This document shows, piece after piece, positions 47,729 to 59,398 of a DNA stretch of 64,000 nucleotides. The stretch's first letter is position 1, and every line of letters begins with the position of its first letter. The translations under genes were made by a program, and so were the position numbers. The notes under the pieces are model-generated. The model searched no databases and had not been told where the DNA came from. It saw only the letters and a list, made by a program, of their open reading frames with translations. The stretch comes from Neophaeotheca triangularis (taxonomy: Eukaryota), in contig BAAIJX010000002.1 of NCBI GenBank assembly GCA_054600435.1, positions 682,001 to 746,000 on the forward strand. The letters are read 5' to 3'.

Positions 47729-49245
47729 GTAGTCGAGAGCATGGATTGCTGTTCCCTTTGACTCTGCTAGAGCACCATCGGCTGAAGTTGAGAACCTCCA
47801 AACGCCAAGCATGGCCTGTGCTTACTTCTTTGACCTCACCTCCTCTTTCTTGCCCTACCGTCCTTATACTTCATCTTGCTGCATCGACACTTTGGTGTGA
47901 CATTGCTGCCATCATTCCCGTGAGCTCAGATATCAATGGTTCTGCTTGTGTCATGCCTGTGTCTTTCGACAGCCGGATGTTCCTTGACAGGACCGAAGAG
48001 CCCATCTCCGCCGGCAGAACTGGATAAGACACGATGAGCGGTGACGCGAAAACGAGCATAAGAATGCGGTCCCCACTCGCTTCCACTTTCGTGTCCGCCA
48101 ACGTTGCTCGTCTTGATTGAATTGTCACATATCATTCTGGACGCGGCATGGCCAACCGAAAGCGGACCGGATTACCGAGTGTACCTTCAAGATGCACGCT
48201 GGCTTCGTGCCACCTCTTAGCCGCCTTGCTGGGACTAGAACCGGGGATACTGGACTTACGAGCCTTCTAGCGAGAGTCAATTCGCCTCGCCGTCAATCAG
48301 CTATGTCGGACCAACCTTGAAATCCAGGACCGTTGAGTTTGGATATAGCCAGCTTTGTCTGGACGCCGATGAGATGCTCGGTATCGTCAAGCCTAATGTA
48401 GCATGAAACTTGAGCTGCATGCCTACCCTCGGCTTACGCTGCTTTGATGCAGACACGCCCGAGTCTCTCCTGTCCGCGGTAAGTCTGTGGAAGGTTTACG
48501 CACGCCTCTTGCTGCTTGACTCGCCAGTAGGAATGTCACCGCACATGGCCGTTGAGCTCACCGCTTAGACTGTCTGAAACCTCGTTCTTAAAGTCCGCTG
48601 ACTTCTCGCTTTACAAAGTTCATTTAGGTGCGCTCCACAACATGTTACAGCCGTGCTGTAAGACTTCTCCTTTCATTTAGAAGCGATTACACAAGTGCTA
48701 GTCTACAAAGATATACGCCACATAAGCAAGCGGGCGGAGGTACGCTGGTTGCCGTAATAGGTAAGCGCCAGCGGCGTCTGCTACTCTCACCGAGGGTTTT
48801 AACCCAGCCACCCATTTTCTTCCACCCACTCTCCATACACCTTCTCTGGAATGAATGAGACATATCCACCATCTTTTCAGAGCGCCTGAGCTACATCAAC
48901 ATCCATCCTTTCCTTCAACAACTCATCTTGGTACTGCATCTCTCATCAATCTTGTTTACCGGCCTTGAATATCCCCTTACCGAGCCATTATACACAGGCA
49001 TACCGCACGACTTCACTATCAATCTCTCCACCCGCCCGCTCGAGCATACTTACCTTGGGTTTGATAGGTGCGACCCGCTCAGGACACATGTTTCGTAATC
49101 ATGTATTCACTAATTGCGAACAGGCTCGTGAGGCGAAGGACCTTGAGTCTTATCAGACTCACGCTACGGAACACAGCTCTCTGGGTCTCTTCAGCTCCAG
49201 CTCTGACCCCTCCTTCATCACCGAAATTCTGCGACTCAAGCCGCC

Positions 49246-50565
49246 ATGTCTGACACGCGAATCCCCGTCACCGGATGCGCCAAAGAGCGTGTTGATCTTG
49301 TCCACCAACGCGTCATCCGTAAGATCGAAGCCTTCAAGCTCTCTAGCTTCAAAGCTTTCGCTACCGATATTGAGCTGCGAGGCGTCGGATACAAAGGTCC
49401 TTCGACGCAGAGCAATCTGCTAGTCAATGAGAACGGCCAGGCGATCGGTCTACAACGATATCAGCTCACTTTCGGCTCAAAGTCAATTTTAGTGGTTCTT
49501 AAGAGCAAAACTCGCAATAGGCTCCGTATTCGCCCGGACCAGGAAAGCAACAAAATCGTCAAATGGGTGAGCATCGAAGATTTTCTCCAATCGCTTGACT
49601 TCGCCGAGGTGAGCGAGCCGTATACCGACGACCACCCAGTCCTTCGCGCCAAATCAGCTGTTCGATTCCAGCAAGACTGGTGGAAGCAGAACGGCAAGTT
49701 TTTCAAGCTACTTGAGCTGCCCGCAGAAATCCGCGATACCATCTACAAGTACGTTCTCGAAGTGCAGATCGACCCGTGCCCCCTCGCCAGCTGCCGTCGA
49801 CTCGGCAAAAGCAAAAGTAGATTGCTAGCAAAGCAACCCGCAATCAGCATCCTGCGACTCAACAAACAGGTCCATAAAGAGGCAAGCGACATCCTACACA
49901 TCTATGGACGCTTCTACTTCGAGCACCTCTCAATCGTTGTAAGGTTCCTCTGGCGTAACAGCCCCGTGCAGCATCTCAAAGCCATCCACCTCTCCCTCGG
50001 CCACCAAGAGTACCTCGAGCTCTTCGGCATCAGCCTGCCACGCGGAGACGCCGAGCTCCTTGAGTACGAGGGCCGATGTATTGCCCGCAGATTCACGGAA
50101 ATCGACCTCAACACTCTCGAGATCAACTTTAGATCCCAAGGAGGATACTGCGAAGATGAGTTTTTCCACGGCGCCTGCCAGACCACTATGGTAGCCCTGA
50201 TTCTCAAAGCGGCGTGGCCCTTCATCCGCGGTCAGCCTGTCAAGCTCACTGGACATATCAAGAAGAGTCAGAAGCTCGAGTTCGAGGAAACGAATCATGC
50301 TCTGCGGAAGAAGATTGGGATGTGGCAGAAGTTCAACGTGGAGATGGGGTATGCGAAGGGCAGTATCAAGAAGTATTTTGCGGAGCTGGATGTGGAAGAG
50401 GGAGGCGTGTTGTTGGACACAGAGGCTGAAATCTTGGTGAATGAGGTTGTTGACCCGACTGATGTGTATGATGTTGGGAAGTCGCTTGAATGTGTCGATT
50501 TGAGTGGTGGGAGGAAGGAGAAGGCGAAGACCTGCGCGCCTGGTAAATGGTGTGACAGGGAGTGA
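49246..50565 (+). CDS. Hypothetical protein with an internal F-box-like motif
   Basis: FKLLELPAEIRDTIYKYVL ... SILRLNKQVHKEASDILH, the pattern of the expanded fungal F-box-like family. Confidence 0.7.
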   Translation: MSDTRIPVTGCAKERVDLVHQRVIRKIEAFKLSSFKAFATDIELRGVGYKGPSTQSNLLVNENGQAIGLQRYQLTFGSKSILVVLKSKTRNRLRIRPDQESNKIVKWVSIEDFLQSLDFAEVSEPYTDDHPVLRAKSAVRFQQDWWKQNGKFFKLLELPAEIRDTIYKYVLEVQIDPCPLASCRRLGKSKSRLLAKQPAISILRLNKQVHKEASDILHIYGRFYFEHLSIVVRFLWRNSPVQHLKAIHLSLGHQEYLELFGISLPRGDAELLEYEGRCIARRFTEIDLNTLEINFRSQGGYCEDEFFHGACQTTMVALILKAAWPFIRGQPVKLTGHIKKSQKLEFEETNHALRKKIGMWQKFNVEMGYAKGSIKKYFAELDVEEGGVLLDTEAEILVNEVVDPTDVYDVGKSLECVDLSGGRKEKAKTCAPGKWCDRE

Positions 50566-51225
50566 TATACGCTGGAGTCGGGGGCTTGTTATATATCGGT
50601 GAGTTTGGAAGCGATTGGAGAACTCAGGAGCCACAGCATCAGGAAAGGGCGTGGGATTCTGGCAGAATGTGGCGGGCTCAAGATTGGATGCAGCCGGACT
50701 ATTGCCAAGAACATCCCGCAAGGCAAGCCGTGATATTTACAATTCGGTAGTCGGTCTCAATCTGAGCAATAACTCTTATCAAATCGTCCACCTCGAAATC
50801 ATAAAGCAAACTAGTATTGTTCCAACAGGTGTGGACCATACCTGACGTTTCCTCACAACGAAAGAAGCTCGGTTTCGGGTTTCGGAAGTGACTCCTATAG
50901 CCGAGCGTCGCGACTTCACTTGCGACGACTCGTGCCTGATGTGTTTCAAAAGTCCGCCTTGCAACATCTACTAGTATTTCATGAACCTCAACGCTGGATC
51001 TACTTTTGCTAGAGATACCACTTGTATCGACACGAGTCTGCTTCACCTTTCGTTTGGCTTTCCTAGCCAAGCAGGAATAAAACCACCGGAAGCCCGAAGT
51101 TTGCCATCGACGTTTCTACAGAAAGGCGTCAGATGGCAAGTAAACCGTGAGATCTGACGTGTCGGTAAAAGTGGCTCGGAAAGCCATACTGCTTCGTTAT
51201 ACATTGCTGTATAGTTGACCCCAGC

Positions 51226-54003
51226 ATGGCCGAGTCTTCCACGCTCTCACGGCATAGGTTGGCGGTACTTGGAATTACTGGAGCCGTGACAGCGTACACT
51301 CTCTACCAACTTTGTGGCTCCAACACGAATCGAAGCGCTCTACAGCGAAGCAATGCAGTGCACCGGAATCGACCTCAAGAACGGAACGATCGACCTACAC
51401 TACTCCCCATGCCCGATGAGGTCGTCGACGAGATCGGTATCCCGGTGGCTTTCCACATCGACGAGCCGACGGGACCGGCACCCTTGGGACTTATGCGAAT
51501 ATCGGCTAGGGGCCGCCTGGAGCCATTCTTGCGGGTTGCAATTGGCCTTGACGAGCTGCCCTCGTCGGATGTGCTCATGCAAACCTTCGGCTCCGACGTT
51601 CGCCCGCTTGTTGAGATTGTGACTGTCGAGCATATTGTCGGCTTGATGGCAAACGTGCCCGTACACGGGACAGATGCTCCCGCGTTTTGGGTTCTCTATG
51701 GTATCGCCGATCTCTCAGCACTTTTGAGACCGCTCTGGTCGGAGCATCCTGCAGACGACGGATACGAAAAACTCGCTGAGGCGCTGGAACGTCTGCCAGG
51801 TCTCCGCGGAGTATCTCGACCACAGATCTTTGCAGGCATCCGCAGATACGTGATAGAAACAGCACGGGTGCTAGGCGAGCACAACACTGGTGCATTCCCA
51901 GAAAGTCTCACCTTGAACGGTAATGCGCCTGGACCAAGGCCTGCTTCACCACGATGGGGAGATATTACTGAAGCGCCACATGAGGACAAAGAGCCAAGTC
52001 AGGGCATCAAAGGTCTGCTCTACTTTATTGCCGAACATGACGCTACGCAGAAAGCCTACGAGCACCGCGGCATTCATTGCGACTCTTGTGGGGAACAGCC
52101 CATCAAGGGTATTAGGTGGCATTGTCTAAACTGTCCGAACCTCGACTACTGCTCGACCTGTGAAGCGACAGTCAGTCACTACAAGACTCACGTTTTCGCC
52201 AAGATCAAAATTCCTCTGCCCGTGCTTTCACAACCGACGAAGCAGCTCGACACTTGGTATCCCGCCAATCGAGACTTGGGTAGTAACCCACCTGAATACT
52301 GGCTGGACTCTAGGATCAAGCATGTTCTCGCCGATGAACTCGGGTTTGAGCACAACCAGATCGATGCACTGTGCGATCAGTTCCTCTGCATAGCCAATGT
52401 GCCAATGGAAGGTAAGGCGCTGCCTTGCGGAATCGACAAGTCTGCATTCAAGAGAGCGCTCAGCTCCGAGAGATGGCCTGGACCACTGAAGTCTCACATT
52501 CTTTACGAGAGGATGTTCCACTTTTATGACACAGACCGAGATGGTCTAATCTCGTTCACCGAGTTCCTTTCGGGTCTAGCTTACTTGCGCGGTCCCAAGC
52601 GCTTCGAGCCCTTGCGCTGGGCCCTGGAAGGATTCGACCACGACGGTGACGGGTATGTTGACCGCAAAGACTTCTTGCGTCTTTTGCTCGGCAAGTACGC
52701 CATCCAAAAGCTCATCACTATGGACATTGTCGCGTACAGTGAACGCGATGATTTATACCAGGCCATGAACCACATTCACTCCAGCCAACCGATCAGCGCG
52801 GCGTTCGCTGACCAAGACATACCACTCGGCGAGCGCAGGGAGGTTGGGGGCAAAGAACGAGACAGCCTCGGTGATTCGATACCTCGCCCCGGAGTGCCTA
52901 CAATACTTCCGGATGACACGCCGTGGCTTGCCAACCAAAGAAGAACTCATCTTTCACCACAGCAACTTCAAGAACGCCTGTCTCGCTTCTCAGAGATGTT
53001 GTTTGCATCCGACGACGAAGGAGACGACGACGCCAACGAAGCGCAGGCGCCTACTCGCAATAACCAAGCCGATGGCTCCCCTCCGCAGATTCACAATTCT
53101 GTGAGACCCCTCGACCCGAGCGTTTTAGACATGCCGGATGAAGAGGACATCACGGACATCCCTCCCGAAGACCAGGACCTCCTCTACCACGTCGTGACCA
53201 AGGGGTTCCACGAGATCTTGCACCGCATATTCCTCGGTAAAGAGTCGATCGCACATCAAGTTAAAGAAACCGCCGCCGAACGAGCCGCGCACCGCGAAGA
53301 AATCGACAACTTCGTCGCCGAGCGCAAAAAGTTCGAAGAACATATGTGCGAGCAGGCAGCCGTAGACCCGCTCATGGCGACGGCGCTGCGTTCGTACCAG
53401 GCTACGGGGACTTTGCAGGAAGCCGAGCGACCGAAGTTCCAGCCGCAGATGCTGCCGACGGACGAGGCGACGTTGGCGCAGGCTGAGAGGGAGATTGCAG
53501 AAAGACCGCTCGAGGAGCTGTTGAGGGAGACCGGCTATATGGTCGCCGACGACCTGGACGCTCCAATGGGCGGGGAATCCGCTGCTGAGGCAAACGGACC
53601 GCCTAAAAGCGACGGCGCGGATGATACAGCGGAAGGCCAACAAGTCGACTGGCAGTTACGCGCCATGGATGGCGAGCCTTCACCCCGAATTCCCGACCCA
53701 ACTATGCCGCAGAATATGCCCAACTCTCGCATCAGACCGCTTAAATCCGGCAGCGAGCACGCCACCTCTGCCTCTACCGCTACTGAAACCAGGTCTTCTG
53801 TCCGCGAACTCGTACCCAGCAAAACACTCTCAAGAGGGCGCTTGCAATATCTCTCCGGCGTAGACTTGGAAGAGCAAGAGATTAAAGCGAGAGGCGGACC
53901 AGGCAAGCTCAGTTTCGAGGAGCTCGAGAATATTGTTGATCTCGATCCTACGGGGGAGATTAAAGGGCTAGTTACAGGATGGTTGGATTGGGCGAGCTTT
54001 TGA
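51226..54003 (+). CDS. ZZ-type zinc finger plus EF-hand protein with N-terminal hydrophobic anchor
   Basis: HRGIHCDSC..RWHCLNC..YCSTCE..HYKTH; EF loops DTDRDGLISFTEF and DHDGDGYVDRKDF. Confidence 0.88.
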   Translation: MAESSTLSRHRLAVLGITGAVTAYTLYQLCGSNTNRSALQRSNAVHRNRPQERNDRPTLLPMPDEVVDEIGIPVAFHIDEPTGPAPLGLMRISARGRLEPFLRVAIGLDELPSSDVLMQTFGSDVRPLVEIVTVEHIVGLMANVPVHGTDAPAFWVLYGIADLSALLRPLWSEHPADDGYEKLAEALERLPGLRGVSRPQIFAGIRRYVIETARVLGEHNTGAFPESLTLNGNAPGPRPASPRWGDITEAPHEDKEPSQGIKGLLYFIAEHDATQKAYEHRGIHCDSCGEQPIKGIRWHCLNCPNLDYCSTCEATVSHYKTHVFAKIKIPLPVLSQPTKQLDTWYPANRDLGSNPPEYWLDSRIKHVLADELGFEHNQIDALCDQFLCIANVPMEGKALPCGIDKSAFKRALSSERWPGPLKSHILYERMFHFYDTDRDGLISFTEFLSGLAYLRGPKRFEPLRWALEGFDHDGDGYVDRKDFLRLLLGKYAIQKLITMDIVAYSERDDLYQAMNHIHSSQPISAAFADQDIPLGERREVGGKERDSLGDSIPRPGVPTILPDDTPWLANQRRTHLSPQQLQERLSRFSEMLFASDDEGDDDANEAQAPTRNNQADGSPPQIHNSVRPLDPSVLDMPDEEDITDIPPEDQDLLYHVVTKGFHEILHRIFLGKESIAHQVKETAAERAAHREEIDNFVAERKKFEEHMCEQAAVDPLMATALRSYQATGTLQEAERPKFQPQMLPTDEATLAQAEREIAERPLEELLRETGYMVADDLDAPMGGESAAEANGPPKSDGADDTAEGQQVDWQLRAMDGEPSPRIPDPTMPQNMPNSRIRPLKSGSEHATSASTATETRSSVRELVPSKTLSRGRLQYLSGVDLEEQEIKARGGPGKLSFEELENIVDLDPTGEIKGLVTGWLDWASF

Positions 54004-54463
54004 GGGCGGGGTTGGGGTTTTGAGATGAGCGGAAATGGTTGGGAAGGGTTTCGGAAATGTTGGTATCTTTATCGTTGACAGAGGAGCTATAGACGAGCGA
54101 GGTGTATATTAGATCAGATACCCCTTAGCGTGTGTACGATTACGCTCACATCAAGTTTCGCGGCAGAAGAATTCTCTCAAAGTTGCATAGCTGAATTTCT
54201 GAACATGTGTACGACTGGGTCGTCAGATCTGCCGCTGCACCTTTCTGAACGGCGATTGAGGAAAGGCGGATCCATAGAGCTGAGTGAGAGTCGGTGTTCC
54301 TGGCAGCCGACGTCCAAACCCTAGCGTTTCTTGGTCGATGACCAATCAAAGGCTAGCTAACTTTCTCCCAACGTCAACCCATCTCTACCTAGGTACAGAT
54401 GCACAATACCTCGACAAAAACCTCTTGATTCCTTAAAATATATACAGTCAAGGCGGGTTCGAC

Positions 54464-55546
54464 ATGAGTTGGTTTTGGGGCAGCAGTTCGAGCGCCAAGA
54501 AGGCCAATGACCCTTACGGAAACCTCGACTCCGGCCTCCAAGACTTCTTACACAAGGAGACTGAATCGCAAGACATACCGCAGGAGAGCAACGCCCAACG
54601 ACGAGAGGGCGGCACGGCCCCTGGAGTCAACAGCCAAGCTTCCTTACCCAACAGCAAAGACCCCGCCCCCTCCACCTACCGCTCGCAACTAGGCCTCACA
54701 TCCCCCTCGCTCGACCAAAACCACCAAAACTCCAACCCCGCCGCAACCCCCAAACCCGACGTGCCCCCTGAATCCCTCTTCCAAGACGGCCGCTACGCCC
54801 ACCTCTGGAAAACCTACCAACCCCAGCAAGACGTCGAGTCCGTGGGCTCAACGGACCAAGACCGGCTGGCGCACGTTGTCGAAACCTACAATGAGCGACG
54901 AGCACAGATCGGGCGCACCGCCGTGGAGAATTGCATTTTCGAGCAACTGGCGGAGAAGGACTGTCTAGTGAATGGTAGTTGGTCGAAGCGCATGAATATG
55001 TGTAGGGATGAGAATCGCGCTTTCAACCGCTGTTACACGATGCAGAGTCGGTTTTTGAAGGCGCTGGGGTATCTGGCCATGGATCGGACGCCAGAGGAAG
55101 ATGAACGGATCCAGATGCATGCCGATAAGTTGTATCATGAGATGTTGGCGCGGGAGAAGCGGGCGGAGGAGGCGAGGGAGCGGGGTGAGGAGGCGGAAGT
55201 TCTGCCGCCGTTGATTGAACCGAAGGGGACAGCAGCGGCACTTGGGGAGCAGAGCGCATGGGCTAGGCATCGGCAGAAGGCTGCGGCTATGGGTCAGGAT
55301 ACGCGATTGAGTCATTTGAGTGCAGATAAGAGGCAGAAGGTTGTAGAGAGAATCAAGGATATGAGTGAGATGGAGAAGGAGGTGGAGTTGCAGCTTGTGG
55401 TTGCTGAGACGAGGGCGGAGGTGGAGTATGCGGAAAAGATCCGGGACGTTATGAAAGATGAGCAGGAGCATCGGAGGGATCGGAGGGAGAGGGGTAAGGA
55501 GACATTTGGGGATAGCATTAAGAGGTTGTGGGGCTGGGATAAGTAG
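54464..55546 (+). CDS. Conserved-looking fungal protein with twin CX9C motif
   Basis: CIFEQLAEKDC and CRDENRAFNRC; YAHLWKTY and RFLKALGYL blocks. Confidence 0.8.
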   Translation: MSWFWGSSSSAKKANDPYGNLDSGLQDFLHKETESQDIPQESNAQRREGGTAPGVNSQASLPNSKDPAPSTYRSQLGLTSPSLDQNHQNSNPAATPKPDVPPESLFQDGRYAHLWKTYQPQQDVESVGSTDQDRLAHVVETYNERRAQIGRTAVENCIFEQLAEKDCLVNGSWSKRMNMCRDENRAFNRCYTMQSRFLKALGYLAMDRTPEEDERIQMHADKLYHEMLAREKRAEEARERGEEAEVLPPLIEPKGTAAALGEQSAWARHRQKAAAMGQDTRLSHLSADKRQKVVERIKDMSEMEKEVELQLVVAETRAEVEYAEKIRDVMKDEQEHRRDRRERGKETFGDSIKRLWGWDK

Positions 55547-55990
55547 GAGGGAGTGCAGCTGTGTATTATACCTGTATAATTCATGTCCGATATTGGGGGT
55601 TTGCAGGGAGTGCATGGATCATGGTCGCGGCGAAGCTGCTCTCCAGGTAATTCGCCTCTCCTACTGATTGAGACGTCGATCACTACGAATTTACAGGGAA
55701 TCGAACGATTTGTAAAGAAGGTTGAAACCTCAAGAATCATACCAGTGCTACAGTCGTGGGTAATAGTCTCGGAGAATTCCCAAGATGCCTGGCTCCTAGA
55801 AAGACGCAACTAAATCGGCGCACAAGTGAGTAACCAGCTAAAGATCTGCTTCTGCGAGATGTATGATCAAGGTGGAAGACGTGACAGCCTGAGGCTGTTG
55901 ATTACGGGAGGCGTCGCTTTATTTTGCCGGAATACTCAAGTCTCACTTGAGTTCGAATGGTACCATAGACGCGGCCTCGTATATGGCAAG

Positions 55991-56536
55991 ATGTAGGCAC
56001 CCGAGGCATTACTCCTAGGTCTACCACCAGAGCTAGGTAATCGGATATACGACTTCGTATTTCCCAAATCGATCATCAAGGTCTCCCCCTACAGACTTCC
56101 GCCACGTTCGTGCTCGAGCATCACACGAGTGAACCGACAGCTTCGAAAGGAATGCCTCCAAATCTGGTTTCATTCGCTAGAGATCTTCGTTGGCAGCTTA
56201 GAGTGGAAGCGCTCTATCACCCCGCAGGCACAGTTTGCTAGCCGCTTCATTCCGTCCATCGACCACCGTACCGCCGATCCATTCCCTCCCCTCGATGCGA
56301 TCCATCTCCACCATGTGCGTAAACTCGAGTTTCTCGTTCATTCTGCTATATCTTTAGGCCGCTGGCCTAGGACCTCTTGCGCAACTACACATTCCTCGAC
56401 GATATTACCCTCGACACTTATTGACCCTCGAAATCCGAAAGCAACTGTATGGTACTACGTGACACTTGGGTTGCTCTTCATCACGCTGACGTGGAAACTA
56501 CAGGTTTGCGAGGCTTCACTCTGCGACTTCTGCTAA
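55991..56536 (+). pseudogene. Degenerate F-box-like paralogue
   Basis: LLGLPPELGNRIYDFV...ITRVNRQLRKECLQIWF in frame, immediately preceded by ATG TAG (55991-55996). Confidence 0.55.
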
Positions 56537-56798
56537 TGTCACCATCCGACCCTCCGATTCTCCAACTACCCGAGACGAGGCACGATAATGCCTAATTCCT
56601 AAGATGCTCCTCATGAGGCTGATATTGAATCATAGGCCATACACCATACTACGCTTCAGTCTACGACTTCTACCACTGTCGTCAATCAGCCCGATTTTCC
56701 TGCCCATAAACCATTCCCTTCGATTGAACTCGGCGTCGTTTGTGTCAGCTATAACTACTCTAGAGACCCGCCCTAGATACAACTTCAGTCAGCTTAAC

Positions 56799-57577
56799 AT
56801 GGCCGAGTTCGAGCTCCGTGTCGGACACGTGATCCCCATAATGCTCATAGCCACAATCCTGTATTGTAAGTGTCGAGCCCACTACTCAGGACATACTCGG
56901 GTGCTGACTATTTTGCAGTCCTGTGGTCTTACGCTTGCGAAACGCTCTGTCCGACCGCTGAGTCGAGGTTCCTCAGCCTACCAGCAGAACTCCGCACCCA
57001 AATCTACGAGCTCGCCCTCGCCGGACTCGACACCGGCGAGTACGACAACAAAGTCAACCTCATCATGCCAGCGCATCGCTACCCGGGACTCGTGCAGACG
57101 GGCAGCCAGATGCGGAAAGAAGCACTTCCCATCTTCTACGCCATGAGCCAAGTGATTCTAGACAACAGCGGCATCGGGCAGCTATCGCGCAGACTCCACA
57201 CCACCAGAACAGAGCGCCTAATGTGGCTGGGTTTGCCGCTCTTCCAGAACCTCCGCCAGTTGACCTTCGCCTACATCCCATGGCATAAGCCTCGCTTCCC
57301 CTCTTTAAAGTACAACACTTGCATCGTGCATCTCGACCTTGTGCAAAAGCTCGTCCAAGCAACGTTTTATGAGAAGTTCGGGGGTCGACTGCGGACCAGT
57401 GTTCCGGTGCGCAGGATCTCTGGTCTCCCTGATGCTGCGGACAGGTCCGATCCGGCGAAGGTGCATCGTGCTTTCCACAGGTACTTGAGCAAATTCGACT
57501 TCTCGGATGGGAACGAGGCATCGATTGTGAGCTTCTTGAGGGACTTGCCTGGGGTGGCTGTGGAAAGGGGCGTGTAG
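56799..57577 (+). CDS. F-box-like protein with N-terminal hydrophobic segment, paralogue A; exons 56799-56865, 56919-57577
   Basis: GTAAGT..CTGAC..CAG phase-1 intron gives MAEFELRVGHVIPIMLIATILYFLWSY..FLSLPAELRTQIYELAL..RYPGLVQ. Confidence 0.75.
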
Positions 57578-58628
57578 ATGGAGGGTGGATGCGTTGCGAG
57601 AGTATACGCGGAGAGCGAAGATGAACCAAGTTCGAACACGTAGCTGATCGAGCACATGCTGATTTACGGGCGAGAGGCGAGTCGTAAGACGGATATGGCA
57701 AGCTTTGATCCTAGAGATGGTCGCAGATTGATATCAGATGTCACTTCATCTGCGAAGTCGTCCTACATGGTGGTATATATCCAGTCTGGATCTCAGGTCG
57801 GAAGAACATTGCCTATCTGCCTTCGAAACCACTGCATAAATAGAACCAAACCTCCATTGTCGGCGCTCCCAGCAGATGAGGTACGCCAACATGAACACCC
57901 CCGCTGCTGTGGCTAGCCCGGCTAGACCGCTACCACTCCTGTGAACGAGGGTCAGGGAGTCGGGGGTGGGATATTAGCTTCGAGGTAATCGAAGCCATGA
58001 GGGGTGTTGAAAGGCCTTCCTACATACCTCAATGACTTCCTTATGCACCGTGTTACAACGTGCGCTAAGAGCAAACACATTGATCACCTATATAGGTAGG
58101 CTCTACTAAGCCCAAAGGAAGTAGAGCCTGTCCAGCCTTGGGATGAATCCAGGGCCCGTGTCCAGCGGTATATAGCGAGTTTTTTCATCTATAAGTCCCT
58201 CAGTTGCTGCACACGGGACCATCTTTCGTGAATGCCTAGTCCCTGATTTACTTCACCTTTATCGGCGCCGTTGGAACGCGACGGGGCGACATTTTGCAGC
58301 TAAGCCCTCCTTTCACCCAACATCCTCTCATTTGCTTTAATTGGCATTCACGTGGCCGATTCTTTTGACGCACGTACCATTGTCGGTTGCCTGAGCTCCA
58401 TACCTAGCAGCTTCAACCTCCAAGCCCACTCCGGCACTCCGACGACTTACTACCACCAATTCCAGTCCTACGCTTTCCGGTCCGTTACTCCGAAGACGCC
58501 AGCCTATCGAACCCTACGCCATTTCAATCTTCATTGCAACTTGTCAGTAGGCGTTCGCTTCGAATCTCTGACCCAAAACCGGCCGACCGCTTCCTCGAAA
58601 ACAGCCGACCTACGTCAACTTCCCTAGC

Positions 58629-59398
58629 ATGGATCACCCCCTTTACCCACTTGACCTGCTCGAATGGATGATGACAATCCTTGTCGTCATGCTCTTCTGT
58701 AAGCCACACCATCGCCGCCTTAGAAGACCAGTATTGATCTTACCGCAGTGCCAATTCCATTCCTCCAGGACCCCTCAGCGCCAAAGGCCTTCAGACTCCT
58801 CGCCTTGCCAGCCGAGATGCGTAACCTCATCTACGAGTTCGCCCTCGCTCATGATGGTTCTCGCGACGGAAGAAGCTACGAGTTGGACCAGAGAGTCGAC
58901 ATCCTGCGCCCCCGGCAGCGCTACCCCGGGCTCGTGCAAGCAAGCCGCCAGGTTCGCAACGAGACCCTCCTCATGTTCTACTCCACCAATCGAGTCTCCA
59001 TCGGAATACTCGGACACCCGCTTCATAGGTCACCTGATACCTTGCTCCGCATGATGCGAATCGAAACACTCGGCCTGGACCTTCTCAAGCACGTCCAGCA
59101 ATTCGTTTTCACTGCCCAGCCGATTCTCCCGTACCGCTTCCACGGCCAGCGTATCGTCTATCTGGATCTCGTGAACAAACACGTCCGCGTCAAGTTTCGT
59201 ACCCTCAGCCGCCCGGGATGTGGTCGTCAAATCGCCGGGCCTCCAAGGACCAACGACGCTTCCCATGTCGCAGTCTTCCATGCTCAAATGTGTGACTTCC
59301 TGGCTAAGGTCGATTTCACGGATGAGGCCAAGTGGTCGATTCCTCAGTTCTTTGCAGCTCTCGAAGAGGCCGCGAACTTGCGCTCCGATGAGTGGTAG
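58629..59398 (+). CDS. F-box-like protein with N-terminal hydrophobic segment, paralogue B; exons 58629-58698, 58749-59398
   Basis: GTAAGC..TTGAT..CAG phase-1 intron gives MDHPLYPLDLLEWMMTILVVMLFLPIPF..LLALPAEMRNLIYEFAL..RYPGLVQ. Confidence 0.75.
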
